Origin: an uncultured Methylomirabilota bacterium
GTDB lineage: Bacteria > Methylomirabilota > Methylomirabilia > Methylomirabilales > 2-02-FULL-66-22
Direction: 5' to 3'
DNA: 64,000 bases
NCBI GenBank assembly: GCA_963705305.1
Contig: OY970067.1
Coordinates: forward strand, 4,800,001-4,864,000
Part shown: positions 1-12,260 of the stretch, in pieces
Layout of the letters: each line of letters begins with the position of its first letter
Position numbering within the stretch: the stretch's first letter is position 1
Notes under the pieces: model-generated
Told to the model about the DNA's origin: nothing
Databases searched by the model: none
What the model saw: the letters and a program-made list of their open reading frames with translations, nothing else
Made by a program: the position numbers and the translations under genes

Positions 1-87
1 ACCTATCGTGGGGCCGGCAGGAGGAAGACGGCAAACCCAGTAGGCAGTAGGCGGAAGGCACGGGGAGGTGGGCAGCCGGGGAGGCCG

Positions 88-128
88 AAAAGAAACCGGG
101 ATTGCAGGCCGTTCGCCTACAATCCCGG
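88..128 (-). terminator. Intrinsic terminator downstream of tRNA-Gly
   Basis: Minus strand reads CCGGGATTGTAGGC-GAACG-GCCTGCAATCCCGG (long stem) followed by TTTCTTTT, 11 nt after the tRNA 3' end. Confidence 0.8.
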
Positions 129-139
129 ATGTCACTTCG

Positions 140-215
140 TGGAGCGGGAAACGGGATTCGAACCCGCGACCCCAACCTTGGCAAGGTTGTGCTCTACCAA
201 CTGAGCTATTCCCGC
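140..215 (-). tRNA. tRNA-Gly(GCC)
   Basis: Reverse complement GCGGGAATAGCTCAGTTGGTAGAGCACAACCTTGCCAAGGTTGGGGTCGCGGGTTCGAATCCCGTTTCCCGCTCCA; cloverleaf, GCC anticodon, encoded CCA. Confidence 0.98.
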
Positions 216-226
216 GAAACGCCGTC

Positions 227-256
227 AAGATACCAAGAGAGGGCGGGAATTGTCAA
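227..256 (-). promoter_or_regulatory. Sigma70-type promoter for tRNA-Gly
   Basis: TTGACA-18 nt-TATCTT with TG extension, immediately upstream of the tRNA. Confidence 0.7.
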
Positions 257-341
257 CGCAAAAGCCGGGCGGATTTGCTGGGGCGCGCCGCCGGTGACCG
301 TACGGGGGGCTGGCCAGGCTCGCTCCGCGCGCGAGCGCAGG

Positions 342-1403
342 TCACGTTGCGAGCCCCATGCGCTCGAGCACCTGCGCCACATCCGCCTCCACGCTCTGGG
401 GCACGGGCGATCGCTTCACGGCCGTGTCCGGATCTTTGAGGCCGTGGCCGGTGAGGATGCAGACGACCCGGTCGCCGCCCGCGAACCCCTGCTCCTTCGC
501 CCACCTGACGAAACCCGCCACGCCGGCCGCCGAGGCCGGCTCGCAGAAGACCCCCTCCAGGCGCGCCAGCAGCTCGTAGGCCTCCAGGATCTCTTCGTCG
601 GAGACCATGTCAATGGCCCCCTGGGACTCCCGGACCGCGTCCAGCGCCCCCTGCCAGCTGGCCGGGTTGCCGATCCGGATGGCGGAGGCGACGGTCTCGG
701 GCCGCTCCACGATCCACCCCCGGACGATGGGGGCGGCCCCCTCCGCCTGCCATCCGATCATCCGCGGCAGCCGTGCGATCCTGCCGGCCTGACGGTACTC
801 CCGGTATCCCCGCCAGTAGGCCGTGATGTTCCCGGCGTTGCCCACCGGCATGAACTGGTGGCTGGGCACGTCCTCCAGCTGCTCGCAGATTTCGAAGGCC
901 CCCGTCTTCTGGCCCTCCAGCCGGTCGGGATTGACGGAGTTCACCAGCACGATGGGATGGCTGCCGGAGATCTCCCGCACCAGCTTCAGCGCATCGTCGA
1001 AGTTTCCCCGAATCTGTAGGACCTGGGCGCCGTGGATCATGGCCTGGGCCAGCTTCCCCAGGGCGATCTTGCCCTCCGGGATCAAGACGAAGGCCCGCAT
1101 GCCGGCCCGCGCGGCGTACGCCGCGGCGGAGGCAGAGGTGTTCCCGGTGGAGGCGCAGATGACCGCCCGGGCGCCCCGCTCCGCCGCCTTGCTGATCGCC
1201 AGGGTCATGCCTCGATCCTTGAAGGAGCCAGTCGGGTTCAGGCCTTCGTACTTCAAGTACACCTCGCACCCCACCCCCAGGTGCCGGCGCAGGCGGTCGG
1301 CGCGGATGAGAGGCGTGTTCCCCTCGTTGAGGGTGATGACGGGCGTGGACGCCACCACGGGGAGAAACTCGCGATAGCGATGGATGAGGCCCTGCCAGGA
1401 CAT
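342..1403 (-). CDS. thrC: Threonine synthase
   Basis: EGLNPTGSFKDRG PLP-lysine motif, ASTGNTS, PVGNAGN, LTGHGLKDP; start reset to MSWQGLIHRY. Confidence 0.95.
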   Translation of the reverse strand: MSWQGLIHRYREFLPVVASTPVITLNEGNTPLIRADRLRRHLGVGCEVYLKYEGLNPTGSFKDRGMTLAISKAAERGARAVICASTGNTSASAAAYAARAGMRAFVLIPEGKIALGKLAQAMIHGAQVLQIRGNFDDALKLVREISGSHPIVLVNSVNPDRLEGQKTGAFEICEQLEDVPSHQFMPVGNAGNITAYWRGYREYRQAGRIARLPRMIGWQAEGAAPIVRGWIVERPETVASAIRIGNPASWQGALDAVRESQGAIDMVSDEEILEAYELLARLEGVFCEPASAAGVAGFVRWAKEQGFAGGDRVVCILTGHGLKDPDTAVKRSPVPQSVEADVAQVLERMGLAT

Positions 1404-1452
1404 GTCGGCCCTCGCCCTTCGGTCAGAAGTCAATGGTCGGTAGTCAGTGGTC

Positions 1453-2751
1453 CTACTCTTCGACCCCTTCGACCCGGTAGCACACGGTGTCCTGCGCCAC
1501 CACATCCAGATGACTGATGCGCTTGAGCGCCTTCTGCATGTCCCCCTCCGTCGCCTCGTGCGTGAGCATGACGACGGGGACGGCCGCCTGTTCGGCCCGC
1601 CCCTTCTGGAGCATGGAGGCGATGCTGATGTTGTGCTCACCCAGGATGCCCGACACGGCCGAGAGCACTCCCGGCTTGTCCACGGCCATGACCCGCAGGT
1701 AGTGGCGGCTCCGGATCCGCTCCATGGGCCGGATCGAGATCCCCTCGCCCATGGCCGCGGTCGGCAGCAGCGACGCCCGCGAGGGACGGTGGAAGATGAT
1801 GTTGTGGGCGATCTCCACGATGTCGGCCACCACCGAGGAGGCCGTGGGCATCTGCCCGGCGCCTCGCCCGGAGAACATCAGCGAGCCAGCCGAGTCGCCG
1901 CGGATGTGGACCGCGTTGTAGACGCCGCCGACCGATGCCAGCAGGTGAGTATCGGGGATCATGGTGGGATGCACCCGGACCTCCAGCTCGCCCTGGTCCT
2001 CCTTGGCGATGGCCAAAAGCTTGATGCGATACCCCAGCTCCCGGGCGAAGCCGATGTCCACCACGTCCACTTTCTGAATCCCCTCGATGTAGATATCCGA
2101 GAACCGCACGTAGCCGTTGTACGCCAGCGAGGCGAGGATCTGCAGCTTGTGCGCCGCATCCAGCCCGCCCACGTCCAGCGTCGGGTCGGCCTCGGCGTAG
2201 CCCTTGGCCTGCGCCTCCTGCAGCACCTCGGCGAACCCCTGGCCGCTGTCGGTCATCTTGGTGAGGATGTAGTTGGTGGTGCCGTTGACGATCCCCATGA
2301 TGGACTCGATCTGGTTCGCCACCAACCCCTCGCGGACGGCGCGGATGATGGGAATGGCCCCGCAGACGCTGGCCTCGAATCCGAGGTCCACGCGCCTGGC
2401 TGCCGCCGCCTGGTAGATCTCCAGCCCGTGCTCGGCCAGCAGGGCCTTGTTGGCGGTGACCAGGTGCTTTCCCTTCGTCACCGCCTCCAGGCAGAGGGTG
2501 CGGGCCACGGTCGTCCCTCCGATCAGCTCGACCACGATGTCCACCTGGGGATCGTTGATCACCTGCATCGCGTCACTCGTGAGCAGCCTGGGATCCACGG
2601 GCACCCGCGGGGTCCCGATCTCGGCGATCCATTTGATGCGGAGCCGTGCCCCCGCGCGCCGATCCAGCAGGGCCGAGTGCTCCTGCAAGAGTTTCACCAC
2701 TCCCGACCCGATCGTTCCCAGACCCAGTACGCCGACAGTGATCGTTTTCAT
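1453..2751 (-). CDS. hom: Homoserine dehydrogenase with C-terminal ACT domain
   Basis: GLGTIGSG Rossmann fold, VTANKA, GIVNGTTNYIL, GYAEADPTLDV, DKPGVL ACT. Confidence 0.96.
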   Translation of the reverse strand: MKTITVGVLGLGTIGSGVVKLLQEHSALLDRRAGARLRIKWIAEIGTPRVPVDPRLLTSDAMQVINDPQVDIVVELIGGTTVARTLCLEAVTKGKHLVTANKALLAEHGLEIYQAAAARRVDLGFEASVCGAIPIIRAVREGLVANQIESIMGIVNGTTNYILTKMTDSGQGFAEVLQEAQAKGYAEADPTLDVGGLDAAHKLQILASLAYNGYVRFSDIYIEGIQKVDVVDIGFARELGYRIKLLAIAKEDQGELEVRVHPTMIPDTHLLASVGGVYNAVHIRGDSAGSLMFSGRGAGQMPTASSVVADIVEIAHNIIFHRPSRASLLPTAAMGEGISIRPMERIRSRHYLRVMAVDKPGVLSAVSGILGEHNISIASMLQKGRAEQAAVPVVMLTHEATEGDMQKALKRISHLDVVAQDTVCYRVEGVEE

Positions 2752-2784
2752 CCAGACGCCCCTTTTCTCTGCAATGCTCGGGCC

Positions 2785-5007
2785 TCAGCCCAGCAGGCGG
2801 GCCAGACCCGTGGACCACCGCTGATGCATGGCCGCGACGGGCAGCACCACGGCGAACCCCTGCCCCCGCATCGCCAGCCGCTCCCCGCCGACCGGCCCCA
2901 GCCGGACGCAGGGCACCCCGTGCTGTGCGGCAATCGCCTCCAGGCGCGGCCCCTCCGCCGGCGGCACGCTGACCACGATCCGGGAGGCGGACTCCCCGAA
3001 CAGGCTGGCATCCGGCCGCAGGTCGCCCGGCAGGGCCAGATCGGCCCCCCGCATCCCGTGGGGACCCGTCATGCAGCATTCCGCCAGGGCCACGGCCAGA
3101 CCCCCCTCCGCGCAGTCGTGGGCCGAGCGCAGGAGGCCGGCCCGGATGGCCGCCAGACACGCCGACTGAAGCGCCCGCTCGCGCGGCAGGTCCAGGCGTG
3201 GCGGCAGGCCCGTCTCCAGGCCGTGAACGACCTTGAGGTACTCGCTTCCACCCAGCTCCTCGCGCGTCTCGCCCAGCAGGTACACCAGGTCCCCGTCGGC
3301 CTTGAACCACTGCGTGGTCGCGTGCCGGATGTCGTCCAACAGCCCCACCATGCCGATGATGGGGGTGGGAAAGATGGCCGTGCCCAGCGTCTCGTTGTAG
3401 AAGCTGACGTTGCCGCCGGTGACGGGGGTCTCCAGCGTCCGGCAGGCGTCCGCCAACCCGCGCACCGCCTCGGCGAACTGCCACATGATCTCCGGACGCT
3501 CGGGGTTGCCGAAGTTCAGGCAGTTGGTGACGGCCAGCGGGCGGGCCCCCGCGCACACGACGTTGCGGGCCGCCTCCGCCACCGCCAGCTTCCCCCCTTC
3601 GTACGGGTCCAGATAGGTGTGGCGGCCGTTCCCGTCTGCCGCCAGGGCCAGCCCCTTGGACGTCCCCTGCACGCGCAGGACCGCGGCGTCCGACCCCGGC
3701 TCCACCACGGTGTTGCAAAACAGCATGTGGTCGTACTGCTGCCAGACCGGTCGCTTGCAGGCGATGTTGGGCGAGGCCAACAGATCGAGCAAGACCTCCT
3801 CCGGCTTGTCCGGAACGGGGAGCCGCGAGAGGTCCGCGCGCTGGGTCTCGGCCAGATAGGCGGGGCGCTGCATGGGCCGGTGGTACACCGGCCCCTCCTC
3901 GGCCAGGGGCATGGCCGGAATCTCCGCCACCACCCGGCCGTCGTCCTTCACCCGCAGCAGGCCGTCGCCCGTCACCCGCCCGATGATGACGGCATCCAGA
4001 TCCCACTTCTGGAAGATCGACATCACCTGGGCCTCGGTCCCGCGCCGGACCACCAGCAGCATCCGCTCCTGCGACTCCGACAGCATGATCTCGTACGGGA
4101 TCATGCCCGTCTCGCGCCGGGGCACTCGGGCCAGATCGATCTCGATCCCCACCCCCCCGCGGCTGGCCATCTCGCAGGAGGAGCAGGTTAGCCCGGCCGC
4201 GCCCATATCCTGGATGCCCACCACCGTCCCGGTCTGCATCAGCTCGAGGCAGGCCTCGATCAAGAGCTTCTCGCGGAACGGGTCGCCCACCTGGACGGTC
4301 GGCCGGCGCTCTTCGGAGCCCTCGTCGAAGGTCTCTGAGGCCATGGTGGCGCCGTGTATTCCGTCCCGGCCCGTCTTGGCGCCGACGTAGATGACCGGGT
4401 TCCCCTCCCCGCTGGCCCGCGCCAGGAAGATGCCCTTCGCTGGCGCCAGTCCCAGGCAGAAGACATTGACCAGGGGGTTCCCGGCATAGGTCTCGGAGAC
4501 GCACAGCTCGCCGCCCACCGTGGGAACGCCGACGGCGTTCCCGTAGCCGGCGATGCCAGCCACCACCCCTCCCACCAGGTGGCGCGCCCTGCCGTCTGTC
4601 AGGGGGCCGAAGCGCAGGGGGTCCAGCAGGGCGATGGGCCGGGCCCCCATGGTGAAGATGTCGCGGATGATACCCCCCACGCCGGTGGCGGCCCCCTGGT
4701 AAGGCTCGATGAAGGAGGGGTGATTGTGGCTCTCCATCTTGAACACGATCGCCAGTCCGTCGCCGATGTCCACCACGCCGGCGTTCTCGCCGGGCCCCTG
4801 CAGGATGCAGTCCCCCTGTGTGGGCAGGGTCTTCAGGTGGACTTTGGAGCTCTTGTAGCTGCAGTGCTCCGACCACATCACGGAGAAGATCCCCAACTCG
4901 GTGAAGTTCGGATCCCGCCCCAGAATCTGGCGGATGCGCTGGAACTCCTCCGGCGTGAGGCCGTGCTGGCCCACGAGTTCACTGGTGATCGCCTCGGGTT
5001 CGCGCAT
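2785..5007 (-). CDS. purL: FGAM synthase subunit PurL (small type)
   Basis: [25 protein letters not shown]-like motif, [16 protein letters not shown]; start MREPEAI. Confidence 0.96.
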   Translation of the reverse strand: MREPEAITSELVGQHGLTPEEFQRIRQILGRDPNFTELGIFSVMWSEHCSYKSSKVHLKTLPTQGDCILQGPGENAGVVDIGDGLAIVFKMESHNHPSFIEPYQGAATGVGGIIRDIFTMGARPIALLDPLRFGPLTDGRARHLVGGVVAGIAGYGNAVGVPTVGGELCVSETYAGNPLVNVFCLGLAPAKGIFLARASGEGNPVIYVGAKTGRDGIHGATMASETFDEGSEERRPTVQVGDPFREKLLIEACLELMQTGTVVGIQDMGAAGLTCSSCEMASRGGVGIEIDLARVPRRETGMIPYEIMLSESQERMLLVVRRGTEAQVMSIFQKWDLDAVIIGRVTGDGLLRVKDDGRVVAEIPAMPLAEEGPVYHRPMQRPAYLAETQRADLSRLPVPDKPEEVLLDLLASPNIACKRPVWQQYDHMLFCNTVVEPGSDAAVLRVQGTSKGLALAADGNGRHTYLDPYEGGKLAVAEAARNVVCAGARPLAVTNCLNFGNPERPEIMWQFAEAVRGLADACRTLETPVTGGNVSFYNETLGTAIFPTPIIGMVGLLDDIRHATTQWFKADGDLVYLLGETREELGGSEYLKVVHGLETGLPPRLDLPRERALQSACLAAIRAGLLRSAHDCAEGGLAVALAECCMTGPHGMRGADLALPGDLRPDASLFGESASRIVVSVPPAEGPRLEAIAAQHGVPCVRLGPVGGERLAMRGQGFAVVLPVAAMHQRWSTGLARLLG

Positions 5008-5072
5008 GCAGTCTCCTCGGTCCGCGCGCGGGTCGCCGGCGGATCCGCGGCATCGGTGCCGGGCCGTCCGGT

Positions 5073-5774
5073 TCAGGCCGGCAGCCGGCCCGCGGTCTCC
5101 AGGGCGGAGCGAAAGAGGGACAATCCGTCTTCGGAGCTCAGGAGGGATTCGGACGCGCGCTCCGGATGGGGCATGAGGCCCACTACGTTCTTGCCCTCGT
5201 TGCAGACTCCGGCGATGTTCTCCAGCGAGCCGTTCGGATTGGCCTCGTCCGCAACGCGGCCGTCCGGCGTGCTGTACCGGAAGACGACCTGGCCGTTGTC
5301 CGCCAGCCGGCGCAGCGTGTCGGGCGGGGCGTAGTAGCGCCCCTCGCCGTGGGAGATGGGGAGGCGCAGAACCCGGCCCGGCGAGACCGTCGCAGTGAAG
5401 GGGGTGTCCGACCGCTCCGTGCGGAGGTGGACCCACCCGCACCGGTACTGGAGCGAGCGGTTCCTGAGAAGCGCCCCCGGCAGCAGCCCGGCCTCGCACA
5501 GGATCTGGAAGCCGTTGCAGCTTCCCAGCACCGGCCCGCCCTCCTGGGCGAAGCGAATGACCGCCTCCATGATGGGCGAGAAGCGGGCGATGGCGCCGCA
5601 GCGCAGATAGTCGCCGTGGGCGAACCCGCCCGGCAGAATCAGCCAGTCGTAGCCCGCCACGGAGGTCTCCTTGTGCCAGACGTACCCCCACTCGGCCCGG
5701 CATACGTCCTGTAGGACATGGGCGAAGTCCTGATGGCTCCAGGTTCCGGGGAAGACCAGGATGCCGCACTTCAT
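5073..5774 (-). CDS. purQ: FGAM synthase glutaminase subunit PurQ
   Basis: [16 protein letters not shown] nucleophile, HGEG, MPHPER; start [10 protein letters not shown] overlaps purS stop (ATGA). Confidence 0.95.
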   Translation of the reverse strand: MKCGILVFPGTWSHQDFAHVLQDVCRAEWGYVWHKETSVAGYDWLILPGGFAHGDYLRCGAIARFSPIMEAVIRFAQEGGPVLGSCNGFQILCEAGLLPGALLRNRSLQYRCGWVHLRTERSDTPFTATVSPGRVLRLPISHGEGRYYAPPDTLRRLADNGQVVFRYSTPDGRVADEANPNGSLENIAGVCNEGKNVVGLMPHPERASESLLSSEDGLSLFRSALETAGRLPA

Positions 5775-6025
5775 CCGGCCACCTCGCTGATCCGGAACAC
5801 GTACTCCTCGATCACCGGGTTGGCCAGAAGCTTCCGGCACATCTCCTCCACCTGGGCGCTGGCCTTGGCGGGATCCGCCTCTTCCAGCCTCAACACCATG
5901 AACTTGCCGATCCGGCAATCCTGGACGTTCTGGAACCCGAGGTTGCGGAGGCCGCTCCGCACCGTCTCTCCCTGCGGGTCCAGGACACTCTTCTTGAGCG
6001 TCACATGAATGTGAGCTTCGAACAT
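5771..6025 (-). CDS. purS: FGAM synthase subunit PurS
   Basis: VLDPQG and LLANPVIE motifs, 84 aa. Confidence 0.95.
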   Translation of the reverse strand: MFEAHIHVTLKKSVLDPQGETVRSGLRNLGFQNVQDCRIGKFMVLRLEEADPAKASAQVEEMCRKLLANPVIEEYVFRISEVAG

Positions 6026-6132
6026 CGGTAGCCTCGCAGTGAGGGGGAAAGGGCGCCCCGGCCCTGGCCCCGTCGATCAATCACATTCCCTCTACCACAG
6101 ACCTCGTGGAGCGGCCGAGCGCCCGGGGAGGC

Positions 6133-6843
6133 TCAGGCACAGACCCGCCGGAAGATCTCCTCATACGCCGCCGCCTCGCGGGCGGGGCTCCGGCGCGTCC
6201 GGTCCTTGCCCAGGCTCTGCCGGGTGGTCCGATCCCAGAACCGGCACCCGTCCGGCGTGAGGTCATCCCCCAGCATCAGGCTTCCATGGTGGCGGCCGAA
6301 CTCCAACTTGAAGTCAGCCACCAGGATCTCCCGCTCGGCAAAGAACGACAGGAGCTGGCCGTTGACGCGTTCCGTCATCTCCCGGATGGACCGCAATTCC
6401 TCGGGCGACGCCAGGCCCAGCGCCAGGACGTGCGAATCGTTGAGCAGCGGGTCCCCCAGGGCGTCGCTCTTGTAGTAATACTCGAGGACCGGCGCCGGCA
6501 GGGTCGTCCCCACCGCCATCCCCAGCCGCTTGGCCAGGCTGCCGGCCACGATGTTGCGCAGAACGACTTCCAGCCGGATCATCTCCAGGCGGCGCACCAG
6601 CATCTCCCGCTCGCCCAGCACTTCCAGGAAGTGAGTGGGGATCCCGCCGGCGTGCAAGAGCCTGAAGAGCGACGCCGAGATCTGATTCTTCATGGCCCCG
6701 CGGTGGGGGAGGGGCGCCCCGCTGCGCCCGCGGCCGAAGGCGGGCGTGTCCTTGAACTCCTGAACGAGGCGGGTGGGATCCTGCGTCTCATAGAGGATCT
6801 TCCACTTCCCCTCGTAGAGCTTCCGCCGCCGGAAGGTCCCCAT
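6133..6843 (-). CDS. purC: SAICAR synthetase
   Basis: LYEGKxK, EVVLRN..AGS, YKSDALGDP, DFKLEFG, PDGCRFWD. Confidence 0.9.
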   Translation of the reverse strand: MGTFRRRKLYEGKWKILYETQDPTRLVQEFKDTPAFGRGRSGAPLPHRGAMKNQISASLFRLLHAGGIPTHFLEVLGEREMLVRRLEMIRLEVVLRNIVAGSLAKRLGMAVGTTLPAPVLEYYYKSDALGDPLLNDSHVLALGLASPEELRSIREMTERVNGQLLSFFAEREILVADFKLEFGRHHGSLMLGDDLTPDGCRFWDRTTRQSLGKDRTRRSPAREAAAYEEIFRRVCA

Positions 6844-6867
6844 CTGCCGCCCCGTCCCGTCCGGCGC

Positions 6868-8163
6868 TCATGCCAGGCCGACCCGCCGGAAGATATCGTC
6901 CACGTGCCGGAGATGATACCCTAGATTGAAGCAGCTTTCAATTTGGCCCGGCCCCAGCACCGCGCGCACCTCGGGATCGGCCTTGAGCAGATCCTGGTAG
7001 GATTCCCCCTGCTCCCAGGCCCGCATGGCGTTTCGCTGCACCATGTGATAGGCCGCCTCCCGCGAGACCCCCGCCCGGGCCAGGGCCAGCAGCACCTGCT
7101 GGGAGAAGATGACGCCGTGGGTGGCCTCCAGATTCCGCCGCATGTTCTCGGGGGAGACCCGCATCCCCTCCAGGATCTCCCGGAAGCGGGCCAGGAGGTA
7201 ATCCAGCAGGATGGTGCTGTCGGGCAGGATCACCCGCTCCACCGAGGAATGGCTGATGTCCCGCTCGTGCCAGAGCGCCACGTCCTCCAGCCCGGCCTGG
7301 ACATTGGACCGCAACACGCGCGCCAGCCCCGAGATCTGCTCGCAGGCCACCGGGTTCCGCTTGTGGGGCATGGCGGACGACCCCTTCTGCCCCTCGGAGA
7401 ACGGCTCTTCCACCTCCCGGACCTCGGTACGCTGCAGGTGACGGATCTCGGTGGCGAACTTGTCCAGCGACGACCCGACGATGCCCAGGGCCGCCAGGAA
7501 CTCGGCATGCCGATCGCGCTGGATGATCTGGGTAGAGATCGGCTCTGGCTGCAGGCCCAGGTGCGCGCAGACGTACTCCTCCACCTGCGGCGGAACGTTG
7601 GCGAAGGTGCCGACGGCCCCCGACAGCTTCCCGTAGCTGACGACTGCCTTGGCGCGCTCCAGCCGCTCGCGCGCCCGCCGGATCTCCATCAGCCACATGG
7701 CCAGCTTCAGACCGAAGGTGGTCGGCTCGGCGTGGATGCCGTGGGTGCGGCCGATCATGACCGTCCGCTTGTGCTTCACCGCCAGATCCCCCAGCAGCCG
7801 CTCTAGGACCGCGACCTCTTCCAGCAGCAGGTCCGCCGCCTGACCCATCTGACAGGCCAGACAGGTGTCCAGGATGTCGGAGGAGGTCAGGCCCAGATGG
7901 AGGTAGCGCGCCGCCGGCCCCACCCGCTCGCCCACGGCCGTGAGGAAGGCGATCACGTCGTGCTTCACCTCGCGCTCGATCTCGTCGATCCGGTCGATGT
8001 CGAACCCAGCCTTGGCCTGGATCTCCGCCAGGGCGTCGCGCGGCACCTCGCCCAGGCCGGCCCAGGCTTCGCAGGCCAGGAGCTCGATCCGCAGCCACAG
8101 CGCAAACCGGTTGGCCGGCTCCCAGATGGCCGCCATCTTGGGACGGGTGTATCGCGGGATCAT
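6868..8163 (-). CDS. purB: Adenylosuccinate lyase
   Basis: MIPRYT start, KHDVIAF, GRTHGIHAEP, GSSAMPHKRNP, LWHERDISHSS. Confidence 0.97.
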   Translation of the reverse strand: MIPRYTRPKMAAIWEPANRFALWLRIELLACEAWAGLGEVPRDALAEIQAKAGFDIDRIDEIEREVKHDVIAFLTAVGERVGPAARYLHLGLTSSDILDTCLACQMGQAADLLLEEVAVLERLLGDLAVKHKRTVMIGRTHGIHAEPTTFGLKLAMWLMEIRRARERLERAKAVVSYGKLSGAVGTFANVPPQVEEYVCAHLGLQPEPISTQIIQRDRHAEFLAALGIVGSSLDKFATEIRHLQRTEVREVEEPFSEGQKGSSAMPHKRNPVACEQISGLARVLRSNVQAGLEDVALWHERDISHSSVERVILPDSTILLDYLLARFREILEGMRVSPENMRRNLEATHGVIFSQQVLLALARAGVSREAAYHMVQRNAMRAWEQGESYQDLLKADPEVRAVLGPGQIESCFNLGYHLRHVDDIFRRVGLA

Positions 8164-8229
8164 GGTGTCTCCTCCAGGGAGGGTGGTAGATGCTGCTGTT
8201 CACAGTGCTGCAGTGGGAAACGGTTCGAC

Positions 8230-8470
8230 GTGCGGCGGTTCTATGTTGATGGTTTTCAAACCTCGAACCTTGAACCGCGAACCGGGAACCCGAAAACCAC
8301 CGCTAGGCTACCACAGACGGGCGACGGAGACAACGGCGGGCACGGGTGGTTACACAGAGTGGGCGGGAGCCAGGACAAGCCAAGGAAAAGGTGCAGCGAT
8401 CAATGACAGTTCAAGGGGCTGCAGTTCAAAGTGCGGCGGTTCTATGTTGATGGTTTTCAAACCTCGAACC
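8230..8470. repeat. Exact 40-bp direct repeat (8230-8269 and 8431-8470), each running into heptamer (CCnnGAA) units
   Basis: GTGCGGCGGTTCTATGTTGATGGTTTTCAAACCTCGAACC occurs twice with a 201-bp period. Confidence 0.92.
8305..8333 (-). promoter_or_regulatory. Sigma70-type promoter for the purB cluster
   Basis: TTGTCT-17 nt-TAGCCT with extended TGTGG. Confidence 0.6.
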
Positions 8471-8510
8471 GCAAACTTCGAACCTGGAACCGGGAACCGG
8501 TTGACCGATT

Positions 8511-9739
8511 TTACGACCGGTGGCCGATCGTGGCCAAGGCGTAGCGGTCCGGCGTGAAGAGGGCGCGGTTGAGCTCGGCAAACGATTCGGGCAACACCTG
8601 GTCGATGCTCCGGATGATCTCGTCCAGGTCGAAGTAGCGCTGGAAATAGATCTCCGCCTTGGCCAGCCTCGTCATCCGGCTGCTGGTGCTCTCCAGCCCC
8701 AGCAAGAGATTCCCCTTGAGCTGCTCCTTGGCGCGCTGGAACTCCTCCAGGTCCACCGGCCCTCGCTGCAGGCGGGCGCACTCGGCCTGGATGAGGTCGA
8801 CCACCTGCGGGGCGGATTCCGGACTGGTGCCGGCGTAGACCGCGAACAGGCCCGAATCCTGATAGGACGCCTGGTAGGAGTAGATGGAGTAGGCCAGCCC
8901 GCGCTTCTCCCGGACCTCCTGGAAGAGGCGGGAGCTCATGGAGCTTCCCAGGATCGCGTTCTGGAGATAGAAGGCGTACCGCTGGGTGTGGCTGTAGGGC
9001 AGCCCTTCGACGCCCAGGACGAGATGAAGCTGCGCCGAGTCCCGCTCTTCGTGGTGCACGCCCAGGTGGCAGACCGGCGAGGACCCGTTGGGGGGAACCG
9101 AACGGCCGCCCCATCCCCCCAGCGCGGCCTGGATCAGTTCCACCACCCGCCCGTGCTCCACGTCTCCCGCGGCGGCGACGATGAGCCGGTCGGGCTGGTA
9201 GAAATCGCGGAGGTGGGCCAGGATGTCCTCCCGGGTGATGGCCTGGAGGGTCTGGCGGAAGCCCAGGACGGGCCGCCCGAGGGGATGGTCGAGCCAGAAC
9301 TGCTGCGCGAACAGGTCGTGGATCAGATCGTCGGGATCGTCCTCGACCATCTTGATCTCTTCGAGGACGACCCGCCGCTCCCGCTCCAGGTCCTCGGGGT
9401 CCAGCCGCGGCCGCAGGATGAGATCGCTCAGGAGCTCCACCGCCAGGGGCAAGTGCTCGCCCAGGACCTTGGCGAAGAAGCAGGTGTTCTCCCGCGTGGT
9501 GAACGCATCCAGCGCCCCGCCCACACCGTCGACGGCCCGTGCGATCTCCTCGGCGCTGCGCCGCTCCGTTCCCTTGAAGACGAGGTGCTCAATGAAGTGA
9601 GAGATGCCGGCCCGGTCGGCCGGCTCGAAACGCGATCCGATTCTCACCCAGAAGCCGATGGAGATGGAGCGAACCTGGGGCATATGCTCCGTCAGGACCA
9701 CGATCCCATTCGGGAGCACCGCCTTGTTGAAGGCCCCGG

Positions 9740-9743
<4 letters not shown>
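8511..9743 (-). CDS. M16 family (pitrilysin-like) zinc peptidase
   Basis: HFIEH inverzincin motif, LFQEVREKRGLAY; usual position downstream of pnp with 4-bp overlap. Confidence 0.92.
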
Positions 9744-11913
<2,170 letters not shown>

Positions 11914-11917
<4 letters not shown>

Positions 11918-12183
11918 TTGCGAATGCCCAGCCTTTCGATGACGCGCTTGTAGCGCGCCACGTCCTTCATTTTAAGGTAATCCAGCAGCTTCCGGCGACG
12001 GCCCACCATCATGAGGAGCCCTCGCCGGGAGTGGTGGTCTTTCTTGTGCACGTTGAGATGCTCGGTGAGATAGCTGATGCGCCCGCTCAGGAGAGCGATC
12101 TGCACCTCCGGCGAACCGGTGTCCTTCTCGTGCAGGCGATACTCACCGATGACCTCATCCTTCTTTACCACATCCTTGGGCAT
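11914..12183 (-). CDS. rpsO: 30S ribosomal protein S15
   Basis: [20 protein letters not shown]; 89 aa from MPKD. Confidence 0.97.
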
Positions 12184-12230
12184 GATCGCATTCCCCCTTT
12201 CGAGCCCAAAAGCCCATGGTACCCGCGGGC

Positions 12231-12260
12231 AAACTACCACAGCGGTCCTACAAGTGTAAA
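12231..12260 (-). promoter_or_regulatory. Promoter for rpsO-pnp
   Basis: TTTACA-18 nt-TAGTTT with extended TGTGG, overlapping the ribF end. Confidence 0.6.

Noticed and set aside
6133..6843. purC as a pseudogene
   Set aside because: The ORF is full length with most catalytic residues present and sits in an intact pur cluster.
8230..8470. Possible CRISPR mini-array (repeat contains a ...TTTCAAAC end)
   Set aside because: Only two copies, a 161-bp spacer, identity extending into heptamer tracts, and no cas genes in the window.
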